Positions 50,050 to 61,534 of a stretch of 64,000 nt of DNA are shown here, in pieces; position 1 is the stretch's first letter; the number at the start of each line of letters is the position of its first letter. A model generated the notes under the pieces. The model did not search any database, was not told the origin of the DNA, and saw nothing but the letters and a program-made list of their open reading frames with translations. This DNA comes from Hypanus sabinus (lineage: Eukaryota), in contig NC_082709.1 of NCBI RefSeq assembly GCF_030144855.1, forward strand, positions 64,356,001 through 64,420,000. Direction: 5' to 3'. Both the position numbers and the translations under genes were made by a program.

Positions 50050-50900
50050 AGTTTCATGAGAGAGCTAGAGTTGTTTGGGATGGTGACAGAGACTTAACTA
50101 AGATGAATAAATTGTACAAGGAGTCTAGATAGAGCTTAAAAAACAAGGAATTATTTTCTTTAACACAGGACTCAAACAAAACTAGTAGGAAAGAGATGAA
50201 GTACAGTGGGAGGATTGACGGTGTAGGTGAGGATCTAGAATTCAGTGACTGGGAGGGTGACCAAAGTCAAAATCTTGATAATATTTAAAAAGCAGTTGAA
50301 TTGTCTAGTTCGATGGTCTAAATGGCCTAATTCTGTTCCTTTGTCAAATGAACAACCATAATCCTCTGGAGTCAATTATAAAAGATGAAATAGTGGCACA
50401 TTTGAATAGCAGTAGCAGGATCGGTCCAAGTCAGCATGGATTTACGAAGGGGAGATCATGCTCGACTAATCTTCTGGAATTTTTTGAGGATGTAACTATG
50501 AAAATGGACAAGTGAGAGCCAGTGGATGTAGTGTACCTGAACTACTCCAGAACCAGAGGCCACAGTTTAAGAATAAGGGGTAGGCCATTTAGAACAGAGT
50601 TGAGGAAAAACTTTTTTACCCAGAGAGTTGTAGATCTATGGAATGCTCTGCCTCAGAAGGCAGTGGAGGCCAATTCTCTGGATGCTTTCAAGAAAGAGTT
50701 AGCTAGAGCTCTTAAAGATAGCGGAGTCAGGGGATTTGGGGAGAAGGCCGGGACGGGATTCTGATTGTGGATGATCAGCCACGATCACATTGAATGGCAG
50801 TGCTGGCTCGAAGGTCCGAATGGCCTACTCCTGCACCTATTGTCTATTGTCTATCTACAAATCTGCAGACCTAGTGCTGGTAGATGGGGTTAGGTTCTGC
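50050..50900 (+). mobile_element. Younger CR1 (50362-50853, large internal deletion at ~50540) nested in an older CR1 3' end
   Basis: SQHGFTKGRSCSTNLLEFFEDVT..VDVVYLN joined directly to SRTRGHSLRIRGRPFRTE; (TCTATTG) tail. Confidence 0.85.
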
Positions 50901-51019
50901 AAACAGCAGTGACAATAATACATTGATATTGTCTTTAGTGATAATAGTTGAGGAGAAATATTCAATAGTTCAATATTCACTTTCCCTCGGGATCAATAAA
51001 GTATGTCTGTCTGTCTGTA

Positions 51020-51190
51020 GTTCAATAGTTCCATTTGATATCAGAGAATCTATACAATATACAACCTGAAACTCTTGTTCTTTGCAGACATCCACGAAAA
51101 CAGAAGAGTGCCCCAAAGAATGAGTGACAGTAGAAATGTTAGGACTCTAAAGTCCCCCCCCCCCCCAACTCCTCTCCCCTCTCCGCACAT
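51020..51190 (-). mobile_element. 3' end of the non-coding retroposon family seen at 5985-6740
   Basis: CATCCACGAAAACAGAAGAGTGCCCCAAAGAATGAGTGACAGT..ATGTTAG matches 6065-6120. Confidence 0.75.
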
Positions 51191-51239
51191 GGATTTAAGA
51201 GTAATTGACTGCTTTCTTTGTTGTAATTTTCATTGAACT

Positions 51240-51440
51240 TTACTGCTCTTCCCTGTATGATTTGGGATCTTATTCATTCACCAAAGAGAGGCGATAATCC
51301 CGTGGTTTAATGTCACCTGTGAAGTTGGCACCTCTGACACTGCAGCCGTCTCTCAGTAATGCATTAGACTGTTGTTCAGATTAATTGCTTGAACTGAAAC
51401 TCAACGGCTCAGTCTACTAACTCATTGCCAAGTGTGCAAT
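51240..51440 (-). mobile_element. DeuSINE fragment
   Basis: CTGCTCTTC..TGGGATCTT..GGTTTAATGTCA..GGCACCTCTGACACTGCAGC..CTCAGTAATGCA. Confidence 0.6.
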
Positions 51441-52544
51441 TAGCTGAACTACAGCTAACACCTAAGCCCCTAAAATAGACTTCTTCAAGGATACACACTC
51501 TTCTTGCTGGCCTGATTATTTATTCCATATTTGAAGAACAAAATGCATGTAAATAGATTTTTTTTAAATAAAGGACCATTTATAAGAAAAATGACCCAAA
51601 GACAACATCTTTTAATGCTCATCAATAGAGTTGCTGCCCTATTAAGAGTAGTATTTTCGTAAGTGCTCCTCAACAGAGTGCTGACTTGCAGCAGATAATT
51701 CCTTAGTCCCTGCTGGTCTTTTGCTGTCTAGCTTGTGTGCTTTCTTTCCTTGGAGGAATTGCATGTTTGCTTCAGATAATGTACACGAATTGAAAATGAC
51801 TGCATTCAGAATATCAATTGACAGAGAGGTGATTAAAACAGAAACATTTTAAAGATTGGCATTTTTCGCTCTAGGGACAAAAAAGAAAACTGGTTAATGC
51901 AGCTGCTGGTGAAATGCATCAGAAATAATGGGTTTGACTCTGTCTGTGCTGGCCATGCATTCCATGTTCAAACTCTAGATTTATCAGCTGAGAAATGGGG
52001 ATCATAAAGGGGAAAATGTGGTTTTCTGCCAAAATTCACGTTTTATCAAAGTCAATATGATTTTAAATTTTCTAATAAATGGTGTTATGTATGTGTGATT
52101 ATTTAGGCATTCAAGAATTATCTGTGAGACTGCCCTTAAAATATATTTCTAGATTGATTATTTAATTCATTCTTAATTATGTAATGTTACACTGAAGGGG
52201 AAACTTGACCCCACTGCTTTTCTTGTAAGTTGTATTCTATTGCTGATTATGGGTCTCTATCCAAACAACAGAGCTCAATGGCAGTTGCCATGTCCCTTGA
52301 CAAATTGGCAAGTGCAAGCCCCCATTTTCATGCATGCCAATAGCATATTCACTCTGCAGATCACCCCTTGCATTTATAGGTGAAAATCAGTGTGAACCAG
52401 TTTATTCTCTGCTCTCATTACAGCTGTTTCTACTTTTGCTATTTGAATCTTAATCTGTGTCCTCCTGTTGGGTTTCCTGTGTCTGCAGTAATTGACCTTG
52501 GTTATATACCATGGAAATCTTTATTTGCTATGTGTTCTTCATAT

Positions 52545-52850
52545 TGCTTATTGGGTTTGGACATTGCTAACATTGCCAGTATTTATTGTTTATCCTGATT
52601 GTCTCTGACTGATAAAGCTGCTAAGAGTCTGGAGTTCCATGTTGACCAGACTGGGCAAGGAAAGAAGTTTTCTTCCCTGAATTATATCAATGAACCAGTT
52701 TGTTTTTGCAGTAATCCTATGGACTTGTGCCTACCATTACTGAGACTAACTTTATTTTTTTAAGATTCCACATTATTAACAATTTTAATTTAAATTCCCC
52801 GGTTGCCATGGTGGGATTCAAATTCATGAAGTTTGTTCAGTAGTCTAGAC
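52545..52850 (-). mobile_element. Degraded tRNA-derived SINE (non-V type)
   Basis: Reverse reads B-box-like GAATTTGAATCCCACCATGGCAAC..GAATTTAAATT..AGTCTCAGTAATGG..CTGGTTCATTGAT..CAGGGAAG. Confidence 0.45.
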
Positions 52851-53274
52851 ATGTTCTGAAACTAATGTTGAAAGCTTTTCAAGCAATCAACTGAGGATTT
52901 GATCTTGTTAATAGAAAATGTGGATGTTAATAATTGGGAATACCTGTCTGCATATTTGCATTATTCATTGAAGAATGGGGTTGCCAGTTCTTTGCAATAG
53001 GTGTGGAAAAGCCTATTGTATTGAAAAAGACTTCTCTTTTAATAAAATTTACACTGTTACAGTATGTTCTGTTTCAAGAGGATTATCAGTGAGATATGAA
53101 AGAAGAATGCATATAATATCATTTATAATGCAGCATTAGGAGCAATGTTAGATAGTGAAGGAGGTGCACCCATCAATTTGTCCTCTGCGCTGGCCTTCTA
53201 CTTGTATCTCACTTATACCAGTAAAATTAGTATTGTGGCATCTTAGTACCCCTGCTACAATACCTTCTCGGTTA

Positions 53275-53343
53275 TCACAAACATGACAAAATCTGCAGAT
53301 GCTGGAATTCCAGAGCAACACACACAAAATGCTGGAGGAACTC
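53275..53343 (-). mobile_element. Penelope-like 3' tail
   Basis: TCACAAACATGACAAAATCTGCAGATGCTGGAATTCCAGAGCAACACACACAAAATGCTGGAGGAACTC; reverse complement of 54962-55031. Confidence 0.75.
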
Positions 53344-53829
53344 TTGCTTCGGGTCAGTTATGTTTGGGTTATCCATGAAGTCGCTGGTGCTCTGTGTCCC
53401 AACCTTCATTTTAAAGAGGTGAAGATGTTCCTGAGTGATCTATAGTAATGTGGGTGACCATTGCATTCCAGTTTACACGTGAACTTTACAGGGTAGGGGC
53501 AAGGAAGTTTTAGATAATGTTAGACCAGATTTTAATGTATAAACTTGGCATATGCATGCTTTCCTACACGTAAACATAAATTGCAGAGACATGGGTGGAT
53601 ACCTACTCTACCCACATATACTCTATCCGTGTACATATATGTGGATATGAGAACACAAAATCTTGCCCACACTCTTCCTTCACTCTTTTCCCTATTTTTC
53701 TTTCATATGCTCATTCCTCTCTGTCCAAGTTCACTTTAACATCCTCTTTCAAACTGTTCATTCCTCTGTCTTCCCAGAATGATACTGTCTCCATTACAGC
53801 TGGCATTGAGGTAAACAAGGCATCTTTCC

Positions 53830-54030
53830 AATTTCCATCAATCCTTTCCACCCCTTTCACCAATCAACTTCCCAGCTCTTTATTTCAGCCCCTTCCTCCT
53901 CCCGGTTTCAGCTATCACCTGCAGTCGTGTACTTCTTCTTCGCCTCCCCAGCCCCCCCCCCACCTCTTATTCTGACTTCTCCCCTTCCTTTCCATTCCTG
54001 ATGAAGGGCCATGGTCCGAAATGTTCATGG
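53830..54030 (+). mobile_element. Penelope-like terminal repeat ending in a hammerhead motif
   Basis: TTTCACCAATCAACTTCCCAGCTCTTTA.. (same as 3150 and 45370), then CTGATGAAGGGCCATGGTCCGAAATGTT. Confidence 0.75.
53992..54030 (+). ncRNA. Minimal type-I hammerhead ribozyme motif (best-preserved core in the window)
   Basis: CUGAUGA (53998-54004), stem II GGGC/GUCC, GAAA (54018-54021), AUGU self-complementary stem III, partial stem I CCAU/AUGG. Confidence 0.55.
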
Positions 54031-54114
54031 TGCATACTTGAGGCCTCATTCTGAAACTTCGTTCACCAAAGAAATGGCCTACTTCCGCTCCTATATCTTA
54101 TGGTCTTATGGCCA

Positions 54115-54545
54115 TTTCCTGTGCTGTCTCAGGAAAGCAGCTGACAAAATCGAGGACATTTCCCACCCTGATTATTCTCTGTTCTCTCTCCCCTCCCCCC
54201 CCCCCCCCCCCAGCCCCTTCCATTAGGTAGAAGATACAAAAGCTTCAGGACATGTGCCACCAAGCGCAAGAACAACTATCAAACAATGATAAGATTCTTG
54301 ATTGGACTCTTGTATGATAAAGAACTCTTGACCTCTCAATTTACCTTATCGTGATCATTGTACTATATTTGACTACCGGAATTGAATTTTTTCTGTAACT
54401 ATCACACTATATTCTGCATTCTGCTTGTTTTTTATTTTCCTTTTACCTCGATGTACTTACAGAATGATCTGACTAGATGACATATAAGCAAATCTTTTGT
54501 ATGTACATTGGTACACATGACAATAATAAACCGATTGCTAATTAC
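54115..54545 (+). mobile_element. Rex/Babar-type LINE 3' end, degraded
   Basis: CLRKAADKIEDISHPDYSLFS..GRRYKSFRT; ends GTACACATGACAATAATAAAC. Confidence 0.7.
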
Positions 54546-54599
54546 ATGGAGAACTTAAAGCACAGAGCAAAGGGCACTGTAGAGACATCATCATTACTG

Positions 54600-54900
54600 T
54601 CTCTACAAAATCCTCCAAGTCCTCTTGCAGGGTTGGTAAGTCAATGTCAGTGTTCTCTCCCAAGTCAACATCCAAAGTACTGAGGATCTAATCAAAAGTA
54701 ATAAAATGCAAGATCCATTATGGCAAGCAAACTTGAGGAGAACAGAGTTTTTCCATCAGCAAGGTATGAGGTCTAATGTGGACATCGGACTATTACACAC
54801 AGTTCCAAACAGCTTCACCCAATCACCCATTGTTCCAGTGCACCACAATTGTGGATCTTACATTGGATTCATTAGTCAATTAAGAACCCACAGAACTGTA
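54600..54900 (+). mobile_element. RTE-clade 3' fragment, degraded
   Basis: C-terminal zinc-knuckle-like CGSYIGFISQLRTHR in ORF 54706-54933. Confidence 0.45.
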
Positions 54901-54961
54901 GCAGGAACAGCACACAATGTTGGAGTGACTTAAAGGGGTCAGGCAGAGAAATGGGAAGTGC

Positions 54962-55031
54962 TCAGTTCCTCCAGCATTTTGTGTGTGTTGCTCAGATTTC
55001 TAGCACCTGCAGATTTTCTCTTGTTTGTGAG
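54962..55031 (+). mobile_element. Penelope-like 3' tail
   Basis: AGTTCCTCCAGCATTTTGTGTGTGTTGCTCAGATTTCTAGCACCTGCAGATTTTCTCTTGTTTGTGA. Confidence 0.75.
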
Positions 55032-55362
55032 TGGTCTTTCAGGTTAAAACGTTGCCCAGGGTCTGTCAAAGAAATAAAGATTAAATATAATGTGACACGG
55101 AACCACATTAAGTTTGGTCAAATAAGTTAAGGGAAGTAAGTGTGGAGTTTAGGACATAGACATTGGAAGGGAGAGACTCCAGTGAAGAGCACACAAATGC
55201 CAGAGTTGAAAGAATCTCAAAGGTCTTAGAGATTTTTGTGGTTAAGGCAGTTGCAGAGATGGGGAGAAGTGAAGCTGTGGATGTATACAGAATCAACAAA
55301 AGTAAAAGTTGTTTGGTGTATAAATAATTAGCATTACAGTTGTGGGTTAATAAACTGTTAAA

Positions 55363-56725
55363 TAGATAACTGTAAAAGTATTTGGCCCCCAACCCTTTGT
55401 TTATATAAATGAGTAAAACAGCCAGGAATTTTGATAAATTTAGCTGAGAACTTTTATTTGTGAGTCATATGCTCCTTTTTCTCAGTAGAATCCAAATATC
55501 AGGGAAAACTGTAAAGCATGAAAAACTAAAAATTCAAAAACACAGCAGGTCAAAAGTATTCATCTACCTTTGCTCAATACTTAGCTGAAACACCTCTTGC
55601 AGCTATTATAGCCAGTAGTCTTTTTGAGCAAGTCACTAATAGCTTTGGACAATGTGATGGAGCAAGATTTGCCCTTTCCTCTTTGCAAAATTGCTCAACC
55701 TGTGCCAGGTTAGTTGGAGAGCAGTGGTGGATGGCAATCTTGAGACTTGCCCGAGATGTTTTATTGAGTTAAGGTCAGTACTCTGATTAGGCCATTCAAG
55801 GATATCAATTATCTTCATTTGAAGCAGCTCTATGGTTGATCTGGCAGTGCACTTCAGGTCGTTGTGCTGCTGAAAGATGAACTTTCTCCCCAGGTTAAGC
55901 TTTCTGGCTAAGGCCAGCAGGTTTTTATCCAGGATCTCTCTGTATTTAACTGCATTCAACTTACCAGTAATGCTTCCAGATTTCCAGTCCCTGCTGCTGA
56001 AAAGCATCCCCATAGCATGATGCAACTGCTGTCATACTTTACAGGAAGGATGGTGTTACCTGGTTGATGCGCAGTATTAGATTTACACTACACGTGTTGA
56101 GGCCAAAAAGTTCCACTTTAGTCTCACCTGACCTCAAGACCTTCTGACACATCTTTATTGTATCTTCTAGGTGTTGCTTTGCAAGGTCTTTACCAGCATG
56201 GATATGCTTTATTTTTAGCCAGGGCTTCTTTCTTGCCACACTTCCACAAATACCCTTTTAGTGCAAGGCTTTAGAGATTGTGAAGCCATGAACTTCATCC
56301 CCAGTTGCAGCCACTGTCTTCTGAAGTTCACTCAGAGTAACTTGGTGTCACAGTAGCCTCTCTTACAAATGCCATTACTCTCTGGCAACTAAGTTTGTTG
56401 GTGTGGGAACCTCATGAGCTAGGTGTTACAGAGGGAGGTATTTATTCACGTGATCCTTCAAATTTCTACATCAACAAATTGGATGAGTTGGTAAGGTTAG
56501 TGTAGTAATTGCAAAAGAGATTAATACTTTTTCAGCCTCACAATTTTCGTTTTAAATTTTCAGTCAATTATTGACAGGTTTTGGAACTTTTGTTTTGATT
56601 TAACATGATGAAAAATGTTTTGTAAATTAACTCAAAAATCCTACATCAATATATTTAAAATTTAGAAAATAAGAAAATAAAATGTGAAAGTTGTTGTGGG
56701 GGCTAAATACTTGTTGAAGGCACTC
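55363..56725 (-). mobile_element. Tc1 transposon, near full length, pseudogenised transposase
   Basis: ARKKPWLK..KVLRSGETKVELFG (56039-56239) and FIFQQHNDLKCTA..LEWPNQSTDLNSIKHL (55636-56025) correspond to the decayed WSDETK, QQDNDPKH and WPSQSPDLNPIE motifs; TIRs ..AAAAGTATTTGGCCCCC / GGGGGCTAAATACTTGTTGAAGGCACT. Confidence 0.9.
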
Positions 56726-56892
56726 TATTCCTGCAAGCAGACCAGTCAAACTTCCTGAACTTCATTTTGTCTGCACTTATTAGTACCTTTTAATCCACTC
56801 TTAAAGATGGTTATGTATTCATTTGTACTTTATACAATCCAATTGACACTGTAGCAGCTATTTTTAACAGGCATCAATTTGACGTCTCTTAC

Positions 56893-57548
56893 TCAGAATC
56901 AGAATCAGGTTTATTATTGTCAGCATGTCATGTGAAATTTGTTAACTTAGCAGCAGCAGTTCAATGCAATACATAATCTAGCAGAAAGAGAAAAAATAAT
57001 AAATAAAATAAAACATTATAAATAATCAAGTAAATCAATTACATATATTGAATAGATTTTTGAAAATGGGCAAAAACAGAAATACTGTATATTTTTTTAA
57101 AAAGTAAGGTACTGTCCAAAGATGCAATGTCCATTTAGGAATCGGATGGCAGAGGGGAAGAAGCTGTTCCTGAATTGCTGAGTGTGTGCCTTCAGGCTTC
57201 TGTACCTCCTACCTGATGGTAACAGTGAGAAAAGGGCACGCCCTGGGTGTTGGAGGTCCTTAATAATGGATGCTGCCTTTCTGAGACACCACTCCCTAAA
57301 GACGTCCTGGGTACTTTGTAGGCTAGTACCTAAGATGGAGCTGACTAGATTTACAACCTTCTACAGCTTCTTTCAGTCCCATGCAGTAGCCCCTCCATAC
57401 CAGACAGTGATGCAGCCTGTCAGAATGCTCTCCACAGTACAACTATAGAAGTTTTTGAGTGTATTTGTTGACATGCCAATTCTCCTAATAAAGTATAGCC
57501 GCTGTCTTGCCTTCTTTATAACTACATCGATACGTTAGGACCAGGTTG
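56893..57548 (-). mobile_element. Rex/Babar-type LINE 3' portion (same subfamily as 31150)
   Basis: (TCAGAA)n tail; reverse encodes VESILTGCITVWYGG..KAASIIKDLQHPGR..LPSGRRYR. Confidence 0.9.
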
Positions 57549-58387
57549 AGGAAGGTCCAACGTGTATCTTGCCAGTTTTATTCTTGTAGGTTATAGTTCT
57601 GTGTTCTGAATTGACTGAAATAATTGAGTTATGTCTGCATTAAAAATGCTTATAAGTTAAAACAAAATCCCTAGATTTTACTAGTTCTCGGGCTTTTTCT
57701 CCTTAGATGTAAACTGGTTCAATTTTCTTATATTCTTTATGAACTATACGCTTAAATTGGGGAATTATTATGGTAGCTCTCTGAATTTTTTTCCATTTAC
57801 TGCAAAATTCATTACAAAACATTACAAAATGGTTTATCAAGTGAATTATATAATCTTAAATTACTCTGATAATAAAATGCATTTAGGTCTCATTAACAAA
57901 TGCCAGCTTTCCAATGACTAGATGCTTTCAGTCAATGGTCACAAACCACATCCAGGTGAAAAGACTTTGTGTAATTTTATTTGTCTTTGTATCCATTGCT
58001 GGCCCTGTGGCTGATGAATTTCAGATGTCCTTGTCAGTTGTCCTTGATGTGCCAAGAAGACTCAGATTAACACTGCACCATTATTGCATGGGCTACAGCA
58101 GTCTGGAGAGGCTGACTGGTGGTCTATAGCAAGGCACAAATGAAGTAGACCCATGTTTATGAATGCCTTTATTATACAAAGAAAGAATGCACTTGTTTGA
58201 TCTGCTTCTGCCCTAGAGCAGTGTTTCAGTATTCCAAGTGCTGAGTTGGAGAGCTGATTAATGGTTTAAGGAAGTCTTCAATCACTGAAATCCAAAGGAA
58301 TGATAGCAGCTATCTAACTTTGACTGAGAGCTGCCAGTATAACACTCTTGACTTCTGATGGGTGGCTTTAGCTACATTATCACAAAG

Positions 58388-58818
58388 AACGCCAGAGATT
58401 GAATTCAGTCCTGCCTTCACATTCTGTCTGCACGGAGTATGCACATTCTCCTGTGACAAAGTGGGTGCTTTAATTTCAAGCTGGTGGACAGGTTGATTGA
58501 CCATTATAAACTGGCCAAAGTATGTAGATGAAAGATGGTATCGAAACAGGCCCTTAGGTCCACTGAGCTGTGCAAATCATCAGCCATCCTGTCAGACAGC
58601 ATCTACATTAATGCCATTTTTATTTCCCTGCTTTTCTCATCAATTCCCCACAGATCCTATCCATTCATCTACATACTTTGGGCAGTTTACAGTGGTCAGT
58701 CAACCTGTCCACCAGCAGGAAACTAAAGCACTCAAAGGAAGTCGGTTAGTCAAGAAGAATGTGCAAACTCCATGCAGACAGAACCTGAAGGCAAGATTGA
58801 ATGCAATCTTTGGCATTG
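58388..58818. repeat. Inverted pair of V-SINE-derived arms (58388-58532 / 58664-58818)
   Basis: GCTGGTGGACAGGTTGA.TGACCA.T.TAAACTG.CCAAAGTATGTAGATGAA and its reverse complement; ~130-bp spacer. Confidence 0.85.
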
Positions 58819-59086
58819 TTGCCAACTGATCAGAGGACAGATTAACTTTGGCAAGAGACACACACCTACCTGCCTCCCTGAAAACCGTTTAGTGATCTAT
58901 CAGACAGAAATGAGACTTGTGATGGAATACCCTCCACTTAGCTGGATGAATGCAACTTGGACACCATCCACAGTAAACAGCATACTTGATCTGCGCTCAA
59001 CTTTCATTCTTTACACTACCAGAATGTTTTGGTAAGGAATGTCAATGCTGTCAGTCAAAAGATTTCTTTAAAAAACTGGGGAAAAA

Positions 59087-59291
59087 TATTTAAAGTATAG
59101 GTAATTAATGGATTTTCTTGAGAAAGGTGTATTCCAACTATATCATCGACTAGCCGTCTGTAACCATAGTGATTCTACGCAAAGGAACCAAGAGAGTGAA
59201 ATAGACAGTTTTTGACAAAGGGTTACTTGACCATTGGGGTAATGAGCCTGTCAGATGAGGCTTTCAGTATTGTAATCACAGAACCTCAAAA
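59087..59291 (+). repeat. ~190-200-bp direct repeat, copy 1
   Basis: ATGGATTTTCTTGAGAA..TCTGTAACCATAGTGATTCTA..CAAGAGAGTGAAAT..ACTTGACC..AATCACAGA.CCTCAAAA; matches 60155-60345. Confidence 0.9.
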
Positions 59292-60154
59292 AAACTGAAG
59301 TCAAGCCATAGGACTATTGTAAAGCCTTTCCATTAAATACTGTTAACCCAAAACAAAATTAGAGCACAGAGTCTATTTGGTTAACAAAGCAGTCAGTCAA
59401 GTAAGGAGTTAAATACAACAGCGCAAGTATTGAGAGTAGCTGCAGGTCAATTCTATTACTAAACCAAATGAGAAATGATGTTATTAGATGGAGAAAAAAA
59501 AGAATAAAAATGGTTAATGGACCATTCCTTTGTTTGCATGGCAAGGTGGTTATGAATTGCAGCTGAATATTATTAGTGTTAAATAACACATTTATATGCA
59601 TAGCACAGGTAGCAGAAAATAGATCTATAGTTACTGTCTCGGCTTTTTTTTTAAATCGAATGGAACAGTAGAGGCAGTAGAACCTTTCATTGCAGATTTA
59701 AGTCCTTTCATTATCACATTTGTATCTCTGACATTCAAATATGCTGGGGCGTATTTTTTTTTCTCTCTAGGAAAAATATGGTCGTTTTAAAGTTCGGCTG
59801 TGAATGAATTTTAAAACGAGGATACATTCCAGAAATAAAATTGTTGTCCAGCATATCTAAAATTGATAAAAATGTAAATGTTATGAAGTAGTTGTTCCTT
59901 TCAAACTCTAAGAGTAGCTAAAGTTAGTTTGGTTGAATTCCATTGGGATTTTGTGAATGGATTTCTAAGGCTGTCTTTTATCCATGCTGATTATGGCAAC
60001 TTTTCTCAAAGAAATTAGGAATCCTAGTTTGATTTGAACTAGACTCCTGAATATATTAATACAGAAAAATATAGTCTTAATTTTTGAAATAAAGTTTATT
60101 GAATTTTAACAAATCTGATGTCAAGTATATAATTTGAAGATAATCCAAGTGCAC

Positions 60155-60345
60155 ATTTGAAGTGCAGGTGATGAAGTGCATGGATTTTCTTGAGAAGGGT
60201 GCATTCCAACTGCATTATCAGCTAGCCCTCTGTAACCATAGTGATTCTATGCAAAAGAATCAAGAGAGTGAAATTGTTTGACAATTCTTGACAGGGAGTC
60301 ACTTGACCGTGATGCTATCAGAGTTGCAATCACAGAGCCTCAAAA
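60155..60345 (+). repeat. ~190-200-bp direct repeat, copy 2
   Basis: Colinear with 59087-59291, with small indels. Confidence 0.9.
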
Positions 60346-61534
60346 TCAAAATCTCAGGTTAGGTGATTGCTGTTGGCCTTATAGAGGGTCGACAACAGAA
60401 GATTTGGTTTCATTCCTTTTTGTGTAATTTGATAACAAACAAAGTCCTGTCCATTCCCTGTTTTCCTGACATTGCTGCAATCAGCTCTATTAACTTTGAC
60501 ATTCTTTGAGATAACATTTTAAAAAGTGCACCATTTGAACTTGCACTGATACGGTGAGGTTGAGGTGGAGGAAAGAAGATGAAGTGGGTGAATGAGGGTG
60601 GTGATCGTCTTACTCTGATCTATTTCTCTGATAAATGTGTTACTTGGCATTATCACCAGATGCAATGCAGTGCTAATTTCATTTGATGGATTGAAAAGGA
60701 AAAAGCTGGATTCCTATATGAGGGAGAAAAGAATAGGTTATGTTGATAGGCTGAGTGAAAGTAGAGTGGGAGAGAACAAATACTGGCACAGACCATTTGG
60801 GAAGTTATTCTTCTTCTTTCTAATTTTTGAATAACCAAGAGAAATTTTAATTGAGCTATGAAACTGTGAAAATTAAGAGTTTATTTGAATATTAAGATAA
60901 ATTATTCAATTTAAATATTTTACAGGACTTCCCATCCATCAAGTTAATAGCTTACATTTTAGTTTCCAATTAATAACTTGAGCCACTTGTAAGTTAAAAG
61001 TAAATTTAACTCATGCATATACTGTGCGTGCACCAGTGAATTGGACTGAATATCAAGTTCCCAGACCAGTCTGCTGTAGCCCTCATTTCCATTACATCTT
61101 ACTCACGACAATACACATTCTGCATTGTGAGTAACCTTGGGGTATATTCAGCAAAGGTTGACCCCTTCACATTCACTTCAATATTTACATTGGTAATTGG
61201 CTTGGGAGGTTAGAATTAGAAGCAGGTTTATTCTCACTGGCCCATGTTGTAAAATTGTTGGTTTGCGGCAATTGTGCAAAACAAAAAAAAAACTACAAGT
61301 TACAATTTTAAAAGAGAGCAAAAGAGGAATACTGAGGTAATGTTCATTGAATGTCCAGAAGTCTAATTGTGGAGGGGAAGAGGCTGTTTCTAAAATGTTC
61401 TGAGACTCTTCCCCAGTGGTAGCAATGAGGAGAGGGCATATCCAGGTGGCGAGGGCCCTTAATGCTGCCATGGAGCCATGATTAGAAAAAGGCAGTGAAA
61501 TAAGATCCCATCCACTCTGTCAACTAGCAAACTT

